A DNA stretch of 64,000 nucleotides from Carpediemonas membranifera BICM (taxonomy: Eukaryota > Protista > Fornicata), in assembly GCA_019828565.1 (NCBI GenBank), contig JAHDYR010000001.1:310001-374000 (forward strand), written 5' to 3'. Positions 53,051 to 64,000 of the stretch are shown here, one piece after another. The notes beneath the pieces were generated by a model. That model worked only from the letters and a program-made list of their open reading frames with translations. It had not been told where the DNA came from and made no database searches. Position numbers and translations under genes: made by a program. Within the stretch, counting starts at the first letter, position 1. Every line of letters begins with the position of its first letter.

Positions 53051-54176
53051 ATGATCGAGTCTATCTCCAGCCTTAAGAACGCTTCGAGTCTCCCTCCGCA
53101 AGTTCGACGCGCCAAATGTGCTTCAATTGCGGGCCGTTCTCTGAAAGAGGTTGTTGAATGCCCCGAGGGCTTCTATGTTTTAGTCTCGATGAAGCTTCCT
53201 CGTGTCTCTATACACCTTAGGCATGTTAGCATCATGCAGGTTGCTGTTTGGTTCCAGCAGACATACGGATGCCCTATTGTTATCCACATGCGGGACGACC
53301 TCGACTTTTTGACAGCCACCGTGAAGCAAAAGGGCTCTGAGCGCCCTATCCAGTTCACAGAGTCCCGCACCAAGGCCAAGAACATGGCTACTGAGCTCCT
53401 CCAGTGTGGTGTTGACGCCGAGAAGACGTTTGTCTGCAACACGACGTCTTGCGTCGGCCGTCTCTTCCACACGATGCTCCACATCGAGAAGTACACGCAG
53501 TGCCTCCATATCGAGTCCGAGCTCGGTGTCACTACGTCCAACAACATCGGGATGTACGCGCATCCCGCCACAGTCGCAGCGATGACCCAACCCGCCTCCC
53601 TCGCCGGCCTCGTGCCCTCCAAGGCGGCCTGCCTCGCCGTGACCGACACCACGGACGAGCCGGTCTGGCACACAGCTCTCAGATACAGCGAAGCGACTGG
53701 AGCCCCTGCCCCGTGCGTCCTTATGGCCGCACCCGTGCCCATCCCTGAGGCAGGTCGGGTCCGTGATCGAGGAGGACGCCCCAGAGCTCATGGGAATGCA
53801 GAACAGCACCCTGTTCCTCGCAGACGCTGTCGGAAAGAAGATCAGCAACAAGCTCAACAAGTTTGCCGTGTCTGGCGGCCGGGAGACGGTGGAGGAGCAG
53901 AAGGAGCGCGGCGCCGACCTCACACTCGACGTCCCCTTCGCACTTTACGACCTCCTCGAGTCGGATGACTTCAAGGTTGAGTCGATTCGTGCAGGATACG
54001 GCACCGGCGGGTCTGGCATGGTCAACGAGACCGGGGCGACCGAGTTCATGATGACCGGCAATGTCAAGAAGACTGTGGCCGAGCTTGTGCTGGGCATCAT
54101 GGGTCCCATGGCATCCAGGACGAAGGAGGCGAAGGATTTATATAAGGTTTGCTCCGAGCCGCGTCAGCTTTATTAA
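53051..54176 (+). CDS. Degenerate tryptophanyl-tRNA synthetase paralog, with a one-base frame break at about 53740
   Basis: WFQQTYGCPIVIHMRDD, EKTFVCN, STLFLAD, KFAVSGGRETVEEQKERGADLTLDVPF and MMTGNVKK align to eukaryotic TrpRS, but the catalytic motifs are altered. Confidence 0.8.
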
Positions 54177-54395
54177 ATTGGCGGCAACACGACAGATCGA
54201 GCCCAAAGTTGCTAGGCTCGGGGCATTGTGGGTATAGATGAGATTTCCGTGTCTTGTCATGATTTTGATGATATCTATCGGATCTTGTTAATCTTGGAAA
54301 TGACGAAAGGCGCTTGAAGATATACTTCAACATCTTCTTCCATCAGGGCTCTATGTTCCCAAAAGTTCAGGAAATAGTTCAAATACCTTAGAATC

Positions 54396-56009
54396 ATGTC
54401 GTTTGACAACGAAAATCTCTTCAACACCCCTATGCCATCTTCCCTTTCCAAACACAAGCAGAACGGGGAGGAAAATCGGCGAAGGCCACCAGAAACTCCT
54501 GATATTGACCCTTTCGACAACGTAGAACCTGTGAATACACCAAAGAATAGAATAGGTTCCAACTTCTTTGCTCCCATCTTTCGACTTTACGCCCTCAAAA
54601 TGCCCCCGGACGATGATGAATACATCGACGACCTCGATATTTTCCCTCTCTCTACATGTATCCTCGAGGATCCGCCATATATTCACCAGCCGTCCATCAA
54701 GTTCACGGACAAGAACATGACCCCTTCTCTCAACAGCCGGCACTTCAACCTCATTCTAGACGCTTTCCCAGAGGAGCGCGAGTACATGTTCCCCTTCTTG
54801 AACGCCCTCTTCAGCGTCGCCTCGCTCTCTACCCGCGAGCAACGTGGCAAGCGTCTCTTTGAACTCATGTCCCGACGCCACCCCGACCCGCCCGCCTTCA
54901 TCAGCTCCAAGCTGACCCTCCTGAGGCTCGACCAGTATGACCACAGGTGTCCCGCCCCCCTGTTTGCCCGGATTCTGATCTGGGCAGCCATCCAACTCCA
55001 TGCGGCTGGCCGACTCGGCCATGCCGTGGATGACGTTGCTTTCTTTTGCGCTGAGGCGGTGAGGTCGTCTGTCGGCCACTCTCTCTTCAACGTTGTGGGC
55101 CTACTCCGGGGCTTCAGCCGCTTCCCCTTTGCAGTGGGCGACATTTCCTCCGCCCCCGCCCTGTTCTGGGCCAAGACTGACTTCACCCGACTCTGTCTCG
55201 CAGCCATCGAGGAGCTGATGGATGACGTCACCATAGACCTGAACCGCTCGGACACCCACACCCTGTGCCACTCGATCAGCGTCGCCGCGAGTAACATCGC
55301 CCGAGTAGTCTGCCACATTCAGAAACCCTCACGCGCCCTCCCCGACGACGTATTCAACCTCATGTCTGATGCCGACTGGGTTCCCGAGGAGCGGCTCAAC
55401 GCCAGATCAGACCTCCAGCAGGCGCTCGGGCCCGACTCCAAGCTGGCCGGCCGGGACAACGTCAGGTCTCTCCTCCAGCTCGCGAACATGGGCATTGGCA
55501 CTAGCGCGGTGCGCCTGATGACCGCCCTCCGCGCTGAGAGCGACACCAAGACTGCCGGTCCCGTTCTCATGAACGCACTCCGGTATGTAGACACCGCCAG
55601 GGCTCTCCCAGTCGCCCTCCGCAACAACCTAGCCCCCTGGCCAGACATGTACAGGGCCATCTGCCACGCCACGTACACCGCCACCCTCGCCAAGGCCATT
55701 CTCGAGACGGCCGGGGCGACCAACACCCGCAAGTGGGACTTCCACGCCGCCCCCGTGCATCTGCTGGCCCTCCGGACCGCCGTGGACCACCCGTACTGTC
55801 GCGACACGGTGCTCTCGTGTCTCCACGCCCTCCTCGCCAGCGTCCCATCCCGCGAGAGCCTGCTCCGTAGGTCTCGCCCTCACGCTGACCTCTCTCGCCT
55901 GCGAATAGAGTTCGACGAGGACGTAGAAGCGTGGGTCTCGAACACCAAGATTCTCTTGTGCAAGGAGGGGGTTTCCGAGAAGATCCACAAGGCCTCCATG
56001 GGCAAGTAG
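54396..56009 (+). CDS. Helical protein with similarity to NELF-C/D (TH1)
   Basis: LFELMSRRHPDPPAFI, ILIWAA and APVHLLAL...HPYCRDTVLSCL resemble TH1 segments recalled from memory (LFKMFTSMDPPPVELI, ILAYAA, TPVHLALL...HQLLHPQVLQLL). Confidence 0.5.
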   Translation: MSFDNENLFNTPMPSSLSKHKQNGEENRRRPPETPDIDPFDNVEPVNTPKNRIGSNFFAPIFRLYALKMPPDDDEYIDDLDIFPLSTCILEDPPYIHQPSIKFTDKNMTPSLNSRHFNLILDAFPEEREYMFPFLNALFSVASLSTREQRGKRLFELMSRRHPDPPAFISSKLTLLRLDQYDHRCPAPLFARILIWAAIQLHAAGRLGHAVDDVAFFCAEAVRSSVGHSLFNVVGLLRGFSRFPFAVGDISSAPALFWAKTDFTRLCLAAIEELMDDVTIDLNRSDTHTLCHSISVAASNIARVVCHIQKPSRALPDDVFNLMSDADWVPEERLNARSDLQQALGPDSKLAGRDNVRSLLQLANMGIGTSAVRLMTALRAESDTKTAGPVLMNALRYVDTARALPVALRNNLAPWPDMYRAICHATYTATLAKAILETAGATNTRKWDFHAAPVHLLALRTAVDHPYCRDTVLSCLHALLASVPSRESLLRRSRPHADLSRLRIEFDEDVEAWVSNTKILLCKEGVSEKIHKASMGK

Positions 56010-56196
56010 AGCAAGCTAGATGCTATTATAAAGAGAAACATGCATTTATTCGAGATTAACTCTCCCATGTGGCCGGGCGGACAGCGGTCGGTCGACATTA
56101 GTCGGCAAGTGATGAAATTACATAAATTTAAGTCTAAACTAACATGCATCCTTGGTTAACACATGTACTTGGCATAAATACTCTTCTGACGCAGAC

Positions 56197-56637
56197 TCAG
56201 CGCCGGCTCTGACCGGGTCCTTCCACAGCATCGATAAACTCTTGGGCCGCGGCGACCTGGTGCGCCCATGTCTGCATAGCGCGATCAATACCGTTCAGTT
56301 GGTCGTAAAGAACATTTTCGACTGCCTCGGCTGCCTTGGTGGAGGAGGAGCGGAGGGTTTCGAGCCTTTCATCCCACATGCGGCGTGAGGCCTCGGTGCT
56401 TTCGTCAATGTTCGTGATTATGTCCATAATATCGCTTGGAAGGTCTCTTGTATTCAAATCTGAGGCGATGCTGCCTGTACCCGAGACCTTAGAGAGGTTG
56501 CTTCGTTCTCTTGGCGGATACGTCCTCTGAGTCTTTGGAGAGCTCAAAGGACTGCTATATGGCGAACTTCTATCCGAATAAGTGGGCGTTGACGGTGTTC
56601 TATCGAACTTCTTCCCAGTTTTCCCAAGCAGCGGCAT
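56197..56637 (-). CDS. Small hypothetical protein with Ser/Pro-rich N-terminus and C-terminal coiled coil
   Basis: Roughly 146-aa ORF starting at MPLLGK. Confidence 0.6.
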   Translation of the reverse strand: MPLLGKTGKKFDRTPSTPTYSDRSSPYSSPLSSPKTQRTYPPRERSNLSKVSGTGSIASDLNTRDLPSDIMDIITNIDESTEASRRMWDERLETLRSSSTKAAEAVENVLYDQLNGIDRAMQTWAHQVAAAQEFIDAVEGPGQSRR

Positions 56638-57643
56638 CGTGCTCTTTCTTTGCTTCAAGTCGACGATTCCGCTGCCACCAAATCGAGACAAGCATAGGTG
56701 CAACGAACACTATACATCCATGTTACTCGGATGGATGAGGTTATGCATCGGCGGCAGCCCGAGAGGACGAAATTCTGCATCGACAAGCGGGGCACGCCAG
56801 TCTTCGGGTGGAACAAACTATGTATTCACTGCATCTATGCGCTACAGTACTTCTGTTGCCTTTGTCCTGGGTGGCAGAGTCTTTGCCGCTGAGGGCGGAT
56901 TTGGTCGGCGACCACCAGACCATGATTGGCGTCAAGTGGATTGTAGAGAGATGTAGATGAGCGCAAAATGTAGAATAGACATGTAGTAGCGAGTATTCAT
57001 GCTTAGCTGTTGCAGATAGTCCTTTGCCATCTCATACTAACGGCCGGCATCACAATGCTCCATAACAATCGCGTATTTAGCCAAAAACATAGCGAAATAC
57101 CCTTATCTACACCCATTGAATGGTTGCTAAGCTCTCAAACTCAAACTTTCCCCGCCAATTTCACTAGTCGTCAGTGAGTATCACCGTCTCGACCAGCAAT
57201 CTCGCCAATCTCCGGAGATCGGATCACTCATCAGTCAATATCTCATGGATCCGACCCGCCTATCATGTATGAGTGAAATCCGGTCTTTATTGGTTAATTG
57301 GGTCGACTTCCAAAGATGGATCCAATATTGGATTCTTGTTGAGACCTGACGCAATATTGTCAAGGTCCATGCGGTGTGCGATGATATCACTAGCCATGAA
57401 TCCGTTGGTCTTCGCAGATTGTTGCTTGAGTGAAAAGAATCTTCAACCGCAATTGGGGCAAAGTACAAATTTTACGGATTTAATGGGTTAGGGTTTACAA
57501 AAGCGGTCCCAATCATCTCTTACGTTGATAATGAACCACTCAAGACCACCCATATGTGATTCTGAAGAGCAAGAAATCCCAAATATTGAAATCATCATTC
57601 GCCAGCAACTCAGCCAACCCGGGCTCTTAGCCTTGCATGTTTA

Positions 57644-58584
57644 CTATATAAATGTATCTAGACGCTGCGGCTTGTTTTCTCTTATGTCTGGGTCGTGCAG
57701 CACCGGCATCGGACTGTGAACCCCCTGTAGCTTCTCCACCAAGAGCTTGAACGAGCGCGTTGTCGGTCTACGCCGCACTGTAATTATCTCCTCATAGTCA
57801 GAGTTGATCTGTCGGACTGTCTGGTGGGCGCTGTGTATTATGTTTCTGAAAGACGCGGGCGTGTTCGTTGGAGGCGCGCCGACTTCGTCTTGGTGTCGCT
57901 TGAGCAGGGCGGAAATATGGTCATCTCGAAGCAGCTCGTTGCTCGAGAGGTTGTTCAGAGCCGCGACCTTCCGTCGGTAAATTTGGAGGTGCGAACCAAT
58001 GCAGTCAAAGCTGATTTGTTTCGAAAGCTCGGCACTAATCTGCTTAGGCGTGACCGACTTAATGCCGTACCTGTATTAGTGTACAAGAGACCAAGTGTGC
58101 GTCATTTGGGCGCAGCCGTGGGGCCGGTTGGCGCGGGCGACACTCTCAGATTGGGAACAAACTTGATTACTGCGGCCTCGAACTCCGCATGGAGTGCTGC
58201 TGTCCACCTCATGCGTGGTTTCCGTTGCTTAGCCTTCTTTTTCTGAATCCCAGCTCGCTTTGTCGACGAATTCGCCTCCATAGCTTGAAGCAACAACTCC
58301 TCGGGCCTATACGCAGACCCTTGTGATTCTGACGAGGACGAATGGCCCGAGTCATCATCGCTGAGAGTTGAAGCAGTTGGACTCATCACGTAACCAAGGG
58401 CCGGACCACTCATTGTCGTGGATTCGCGGGTCGGATGTTTGATCGATTTTGAGTGGTCTTCTTGAAACGAGTGCCGCGAGAGATTGGAGCGACTACAAAT
58501 TGACTCTGCTGCTGGCGGCGACCAGGATCGTTTGTTGAAGGAGAGGCGGGGCGGTGTGGGTTTCTTGAACTTGAAAAATGGCAT
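57644..58584 (-). CDS. GARP/SHAQKYF-class Myb transcription factor; intron 58071-58162
   Basis: KPRMRWTAALHAEFEAAVIK|YGIKSVTPKQI...IGSHLQIYR after removing a GTTTGT...CTAATACAG intron. Confidence 0.9.
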
Positions 58585-58744
58585 GTTACTGAAATGATGT
58601 CCAGCGATCTCTTGACATGATGCAGGTTGATCGAGGTCTCTTCTCCAGTAGTATCTTTGATCGTTTGCCCCAATATCGAGATATCTGAAAATCTCGAGCG
58701 AGCAGGATAAGGCACGATCATCAAGAATTTCCTCATCTCAAAGT

Positions 58745-59150
58745 ATGAAGCCTGTTAGCGTTATGTTCTTGATGCTTCTGGTAGTATCTGTCGTATGTAT
58801 GCCAGTTGATCTTCTTGATGTCACCTGCGATAAGCCTATCGGCTTGAGTCCACATGCAGAGATGTTTGGCGCCGATACCATCCGTATCACAGCCTCTGAA
58901 GTGTTCGGCGCCGATACTACGAGCTCAACGGCTTCTGGTGGACCAATTACCACGCTTGTATCGTTCATCTTTCTGTTTCCCCTCATTCTCTTTATCATTT
59001 GCTGCCCGTGTGCCACTGCCCTTGTTTGTTCATCTCCAATAACCCATCACACAGTTTGTTGTCTGTTGCCCCTGCTGCACTGTCTTCAGTATTGCATACA
59101 TCATCTTCTTCACAATTCTTGTAGGGTGGTTGGCTGACCAAGGATTGTGA
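58745..59150 (+). CDS. Small membrane protein with signal peptide and Cys-rich TM region; one intron
   Basis: Signal peptide and FGADT twice. Removing a GTTTGT...CACACAG intron gives IICCPCATAL|FVVCCPCCTVFSIAYIIFF. Confidence 0.65.
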
Positions 59151-59424
59151 GCTTGATCGATTGCGATGAACCCATATAGTTTCGAACCTAGTCGACAGTG
59201 AACCGCTTTCTTTATGCCGGTAAACTTGTCCATCAGATGTTCTTTGATTCTGTGGATCTCTTGGGCAACGTTCTCCCGAGATTCTTTCGAAAAATATTTC
59301 GACAAAAAGTCGTGTGTGGCTCCGTTGTCTGGGTGTGGCATCGTATGCGCCGACCCTAGTTGGCGATATTTGGGTCACGCAGGGTCAGAGCGCAGGGTAA
59401 GACTAAGCATTAAGCATCACTAAT

Positions 59425-60502
59425 ATGGTCAGGTTCGATGAATTAGCCTCCAAGTTCACATCTGTGATCAACAAGGAGATGGACCGTGCCAAGCTACCTG
59501 CCGTAACACAAATTGCGACCAAGAATATTAGCCACACGCTCACAGCGTTCAAAGACACGCTGAACAGCACAACAGATGTTTGTTTCACACCGCTCATGTC
59601 TTACCAAGATGGAAAAGCTTGTCCGTGAGGCCACTACGAACGAAGCTTGGCCCGCCGCCCCTGAGCTTCTCCGCAAAATTGCTCAGCTTACCTTCCATTT
59701 CAACCAGTGCCAGCTGCTCTTCCCGGCCATCTGGGGGCGCATGGGGAGCCAGCCAAACAAGCGGTGGCGCATTGTGTACAAATGCCTCAACCTGATAGAG
59801 TACCTCCTCCTCAACGGGTCCACTGACGCAATCGATACGATCAAAGCCAACCTGTACCAAATCAACACACTCTCAGATTTCCAATTCCACGACGAACGTG
59901 GAGAGGACAAAGGTTTCAACGTCAGGACCAAGGTTGAGAAGCTTCTGGCCCTCGTCAACTCGGACGATCTCGCCCGCCAAAGGGATGAGATCCTCGAGCA
60001 CCGTAAGAGATTCGTGGGCATCGGTGCTGGGTCCGCTGTAGTCAACAGGATCAGATCTACCTCGAACGCATCTGCCTACAGCCCGCCCAAGCCGGCCCCC
60101 GCCAAGGTCGATGACGCCCCGGTTCCCATCGAGCCATTCCCCTTCCAGCCTGTCTCCCAGCACAGCGTCACCTCCCCCGCCCCTGCTGCCCCAGCCAAGT
60201 CTCGGGAAGAGGACCTCCTCGACCTCTTTGGTGCCTCCCCTGCCCAACCCGCAGCTGCTGCCCAGCCCGCCAACGAGGATGCTTTCGCCTTCCTTAGCCC
60301 AACTTCTGTGTCGACCCAGCCTGCCCCGGCTGCTGCCCCTGCCCCCGCATCGGCCCCGAAGACGGACCCCTTCTCGGAGTTCTTCACCAGCCCAAGCGCA
60401 AACACGGCCCCGGCAAAGTCTGACGACCTGTTTGGTGCGTTTGAAGCACCAAAGGCCCAGCCGACGCCAAACCAGGGAGCGACCATGTTTGACTTCCTTT
60501 GA
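59425..60502 (+). CDS. ENTH-domain protein (epsin/EpsinR-like); one intron at about 59578-59608
   Basis: VREATTNEAW, WRIVYKCLNLIEYLLLNGS and DKGFNVR, plus a disordered tail with DLL/DPF/DLF clathrin-adaptor motifs. Confidence 0.92.
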
Positions 60503-60856
60503 TTGATTATTAAAAAACGAAACCTGAGGTGGCTTGGATATCTCGTTCCTTCAGAAGCATCGGACAGTGAGCGTGACAGACAGATATTGCCAGATGCCAC
60601 ATACTGAGGTGTGACTTGAATTTCGACGGAAGACAAGGAATCAATGTCTACCCCGCTCACCTTGGCCCCAGGAATTTTAGGTGGAGAAAGAGGTCGGCTG
60701 ACCAATCCTGGGCCATCGGAGACCTTACTTGCCACAGTCGGTCAGACTCGATTGCCCAGATGATAAAAGACCCCGATGAAGAAGAGTGACTTGGAGGCGA
60801 CTCTGACCAAAGTTGACCAGATGACAGTGTGACATGGGGAGGCGACGGTCTCGTGC

Positions 60857-62351
60857 ATGACCAGACGTAAGACAACTATATGTATCGATTTAGGCACTAC
60901 AAAGTCATGTGTGGGCGTGTTCAGGAGCGAACGCCTCGAGATCATCCCAAATGAGCACGGAAGCAGGATCACGCCATCATTTATTGCCTTTCGCAGCAAC
61001 GGCCTATCTCGGCCATGAGGTCAAGAAGGCAGTCATTGCTGTCCCTGCCTGCTTCAATTACTCTCAACGCAGCTCGGTCCGTGACTCTGGTCTCCTCGCT
61101 GGCCTTGACGTCGTTCGGATCATAAGTGAGCCAGCTGCTGCTGCACTGTCCACACACGAGCTTGAAAAACAGTCGACCGCGGAGAAGAACGTCCTGATCT
61201 TCGATCTCGGCGGCGGTATATGCGACGTCTCGCTGCTCATCATCGTCGAGGGCATCTTCGAGGTCAAGGCGACGGCGGGCGACACGCATCTCGGCGGTGA
61301 GGACTTCGACAACCGCATGGTCAACCACTTCGTGACCGAATTCGAGCGGAAGCACAAGATGGACATCAGTGGCAACGCCCGAGCGATGCACCGCCTGCGT
61401 ACTGTCTGCGAGCGCGCCAAGCGCATGCTCTCGTCCTCGACCCAGGCCGCGATCGAGATCGACTCGCTTTTCGAGGGTATCGATTTCTTCACGAAAATAA
61501 CTCGCGCCCGCTTCGAGGACCTCTGCGGCGACCTCTTCCGTGCCTGCATCGACCCCGTCCAGCGCGTGCTCACCGACGCGAAGCTCGACAAGACCAAGAT
61601 CCACGAGATCGTGCTCGTCGGAGGGTCGACCCGCATCCCCAAGGTGCAGCAGCTGCTCAAGGACTTCTTCAACGGTCAGCAGGTCTTCCGCAGTATTAAT
61701 TCCGATGAGGCTGTGGCGTTTGGTGCTGCAATTCAGGCTGCCATCCTCGGTGGAGACACTTCGGACAAGTTATCTCAAATACTACTGCTCGAGGCCACGC
61801 CCGTCTCGCTCGGCATTGAAACCGCCGGGGGGGCGATGACGACACTCATCAGGCGCAACGAGACGGTCCCCCTGCACGCCAAGGCATCGTTCTCGACCTT
61901 AACCGACGACCAGACGTCTGTGTTGATCCAAGTCTTCGAGGGCGAGCATAGTCTGACCCGCGACAACGTTCTACTTGGCACATTTGACATCTCGAATATC
62001 CAGCCTGCCCCGCGTGGTATCCCGAATATCGAGGTGGCGTTCGACCTCGGCATGGATGACGACCTCAAGATCACTGCTGAGGACAAGAGCTCGGGCAACC
62101 GCCACCAATTCTCGATCTCTCGCACGAGCCACCGTAACGAAAAGCAGAGATTTCTTCCAACTGAGGGCGCCCAACTAGTGGTCCGAGAACCGAGCGCGGG
62201 AGCACAGAACGCAGAGTGCCGGGCCGACTCTGACCAAGGGCAGGATGAATATGATGACATTCGATCCTCATCTTGTGATGCTTTCGAGAACAGGAAGAGT
62301 GAAGGAAATTTTGATGATGAGATGATTAACCGGGAAAATGTGATAGATTGA
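60857..62351 (+). pseudogene. Hsp70-derived pseudogene or truncated copy
   Basis: [11 protein letters not shown]...TPSFIAF, then a frameshifting deletion to [23 protein letters not shown] and [10 protein letters not shown] are present; the lid and EEVD are absent. Confidence 0.85.
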
Positions 62352-62882
62352 ATATTTGGTGCAAGGGTAATAAAGATTTGAGTCAACCCGACTCGCTCCA
62401 GTAAGCGAGCAAGGGACGAAACAAGCTTCACGTTTGGTGGGATGTGGTCTGGGTCCCGTTCACGCGAGAGCTCGTTTCCCAGACAAGGGGACACGGAGTG
62501 CTCAAAGTTTCGAGAGAATGACTGCACCAACCAAAAAATGCAACCAATTGGAAGCAGTATCGACGCCACTCGACCCGACTCACGGGAACAGTAAGGAAGT
62601 GACTATTGCTGGCACAAGAGGCTTTTGTGGCGGGAGGCCTCGGTAGGAACGGGGTCGCCATGCACCCTGGCCGACCAAATGCCGATTGATGATTTTGTTT
62701 AGACAGCAGGAAGGGAGCCAGAGACGTTGGTGCCGGCAGTGATGTATCTGAACACCACCAAGGCGATGGTAGCAAGATCGAATATTTGGTCTGATACGAC
62801 CTGATTTCGCATTTCTGCTACAGTCGAGCACAAGTCAGAACGATCAGGCGATAAGTTCTGGCGAAGTAGCGCAGTTCTAGCT

Positions 62883-63683
62883 ATGGGAAATGGTAATTCC
62901 GCAGCACCAAGTCGTTCTGACATCAACAATACACCGGTAGCGAGCCATGGTCATACTACCGCGAAGGAATCGGACAAGGGACATATTGTGAACATAGACT
63001 GGAAGCATGGCGGGCATTCAGTGTACATTACAGGTTCATTCAACCGCTGGAGGGAGCGCATACCGATGAAACACAAGGACGGCGTCTGGTCAGTGGGCAT
63101 CCGCCTCCCCATTGGACTGCATCAGTACAAGTACGTCGTGGACAACGAGTGGAAGTATGACCACACCAAGCCCACTAGATCAGACCCTATTGGGAATGTG
63201 AACAACATTATCGAGATCCACGAGACGCTCGACGACCCTGATGCTCGCGAGTACACACAGACCCTGCCTGTGCTAGGACAGGGGCTGTTTGATAACATGG
63301 GGCTTGTGCCAGACGCTCAGCCCAAGCAGCTGAACACCACGCCTCTCAACAGACAGATGAAGGACGACGGCCGCATCCACCCCGACGCCGCAAGCCAGCA
63401 AAGTGCCGAGGTCGTCGGTTCAAGAGACCCGTGTCTGCTGCCCCTACCCGAGCACGTGGTGCTGACCCATTTATACCGGGCGAACACGGCGACGACGACC
63501 CAGTACGGCGTCACTGTCCGTTTTAGGAACAAGTTTGTGACGACGATAGTTTATAACCCGAGCTCGGGTGTGCTGGACGAGCGGCGGCGTATTGAGCAGG
63601 AATGCCAGTACGGCGGGACGATGCTGAGGCCTGGTGAGAGTCTCGGGCAGTTTTACTTGAGGGAGATGCAGGCTGAGGTGTGA
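62883..63683 (+). CDS. AMPK/SNF1 beta subunit
   Basis: MGNGNS myristoylation start, CBM48 (WKHGG..VYITGSFNRW, YKYVVDNEW, GNVNN) and ASC domain (LPLPEHVVLTHLY, RFRNKFVTTIVY). Confidence 0.95.
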   Translation: MGNGNSAAPSRSDINNTPVASHGHTTAKESDKGHIVNIDWKHGGHSVYITGSFNRWRERIPMKHKDGVWSVGIRLPIGLHQYKYVVDNEWKYDHTKPTRSDPIGNVNNIIEIHETLDDPDAREYTQTLPVLGQGLFDNMGLVPDAQPKQLNTTPLNRQMKDDGRIHPDAASQQSAEVVGSRDPCLLPLPEHVVLTHLYRANTATTTQYGVTVRFRNKFVTTIVYNPSSGVLDERRRIEQECQYGGTMLRPGESLGQFYLREMQAEV

Positions 63684-63730
63684 TTATTGTAAAGAGCAGC
63701 AGCTAGGGGTATTGGCCGACTGTTTTATAC

Positions 63731-64000
63731 TCAATCTAATCTCAGAGATGGGGTATGGGGGATATTGGCAGGGTTTGGGGAACTCTGGGTTGGGGCAATC
63801 AGATAATGGAACCAACTGCGTCTCTGAATGCGCAGTGGGGCAAGATAAGCGAGCTGATCGGCAGCATTCAGCGCATTAAGGCTGATCTTGATGGGGAGAA
63901 CGCCAATGAGCCAGAGCTTGACGCTGTGATCAAGGACGGTGCGGTCTTCCTCGAGAAAAGTATCGCTCGCCTCCAAAACTTCGGTATATTGTCTAAGACA
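63731..64000 (-). CDS. 3' end of an unidentified gene that continues beyond the window
   Basis: Open frame reaching the window edge; no recognised motif. Confidence 0.4.
   Translation of the reverse strand, partial: CLRQYTEVLEASDTFLEEDRTVLDHSVKLWLIGVLPIKISLNALNAADQLAYLAPLRIQRRSWFHYLIAPTQSSPNPANIPHTPSLRLD

Overview
Gene-dense eukaryotic genomic DNA read in the standard genetic code, with short intergenic gaps and tiny (about 25-45 nt) GT-AG spliceosomal introns. The intron style, the GARP-type Myb, the TmcB-like protein and the bacterial-type deoxynucleoside kinase suggest a free-living metamonad-like protist such as Carpediemonas; this is inference. About 35 protein genes can be supported: kinesin, ubiquitin, Hop1/HORMA, FCP1-like phosphatase, CorA/Mrs2, TCAB1-like WD40, Elongin C-like, MDR oxidoreductase, metallophosphoesterase, dNK, RNase Z, SET, TmcB-like, Rmp1-like, RPL6, RPL7A, mRNA capping enzyme, TPR, SNF2, Cwc15, LRR, TrpRS-like, NELF-C/D-like, GARP, ENTH, Hsp70 pseudogene and AMPK-beta. 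Five features stand out. (1) A GC-rich, disrupted WD40-coiled coil-Ser/Thr kinase-HECT-like-Rcat/IBR-Zn ribbon fusion gene (22.2-26.7 kb) that looks like a sensor-kinase-ubiquitin ligase conflict or immune module. (2) An mRNA capping enzyme with inverted architecture: N-terminal guanylyltransferase and C-terminal Cet1-type tunnel triphosphatase. (3) An unannotated, roughly 300-nt RNase P/MRP-like structured RNA on the minus strand at 18.9-19.2 kb. (4) A second structured non-coding element bounded by inverted TATATACTATG repeats at 36.8-37.2 kb. (5) A catalytically degenerate TrpRS paralog. All family assignments come from motif recognition by eye; no database searches were run.
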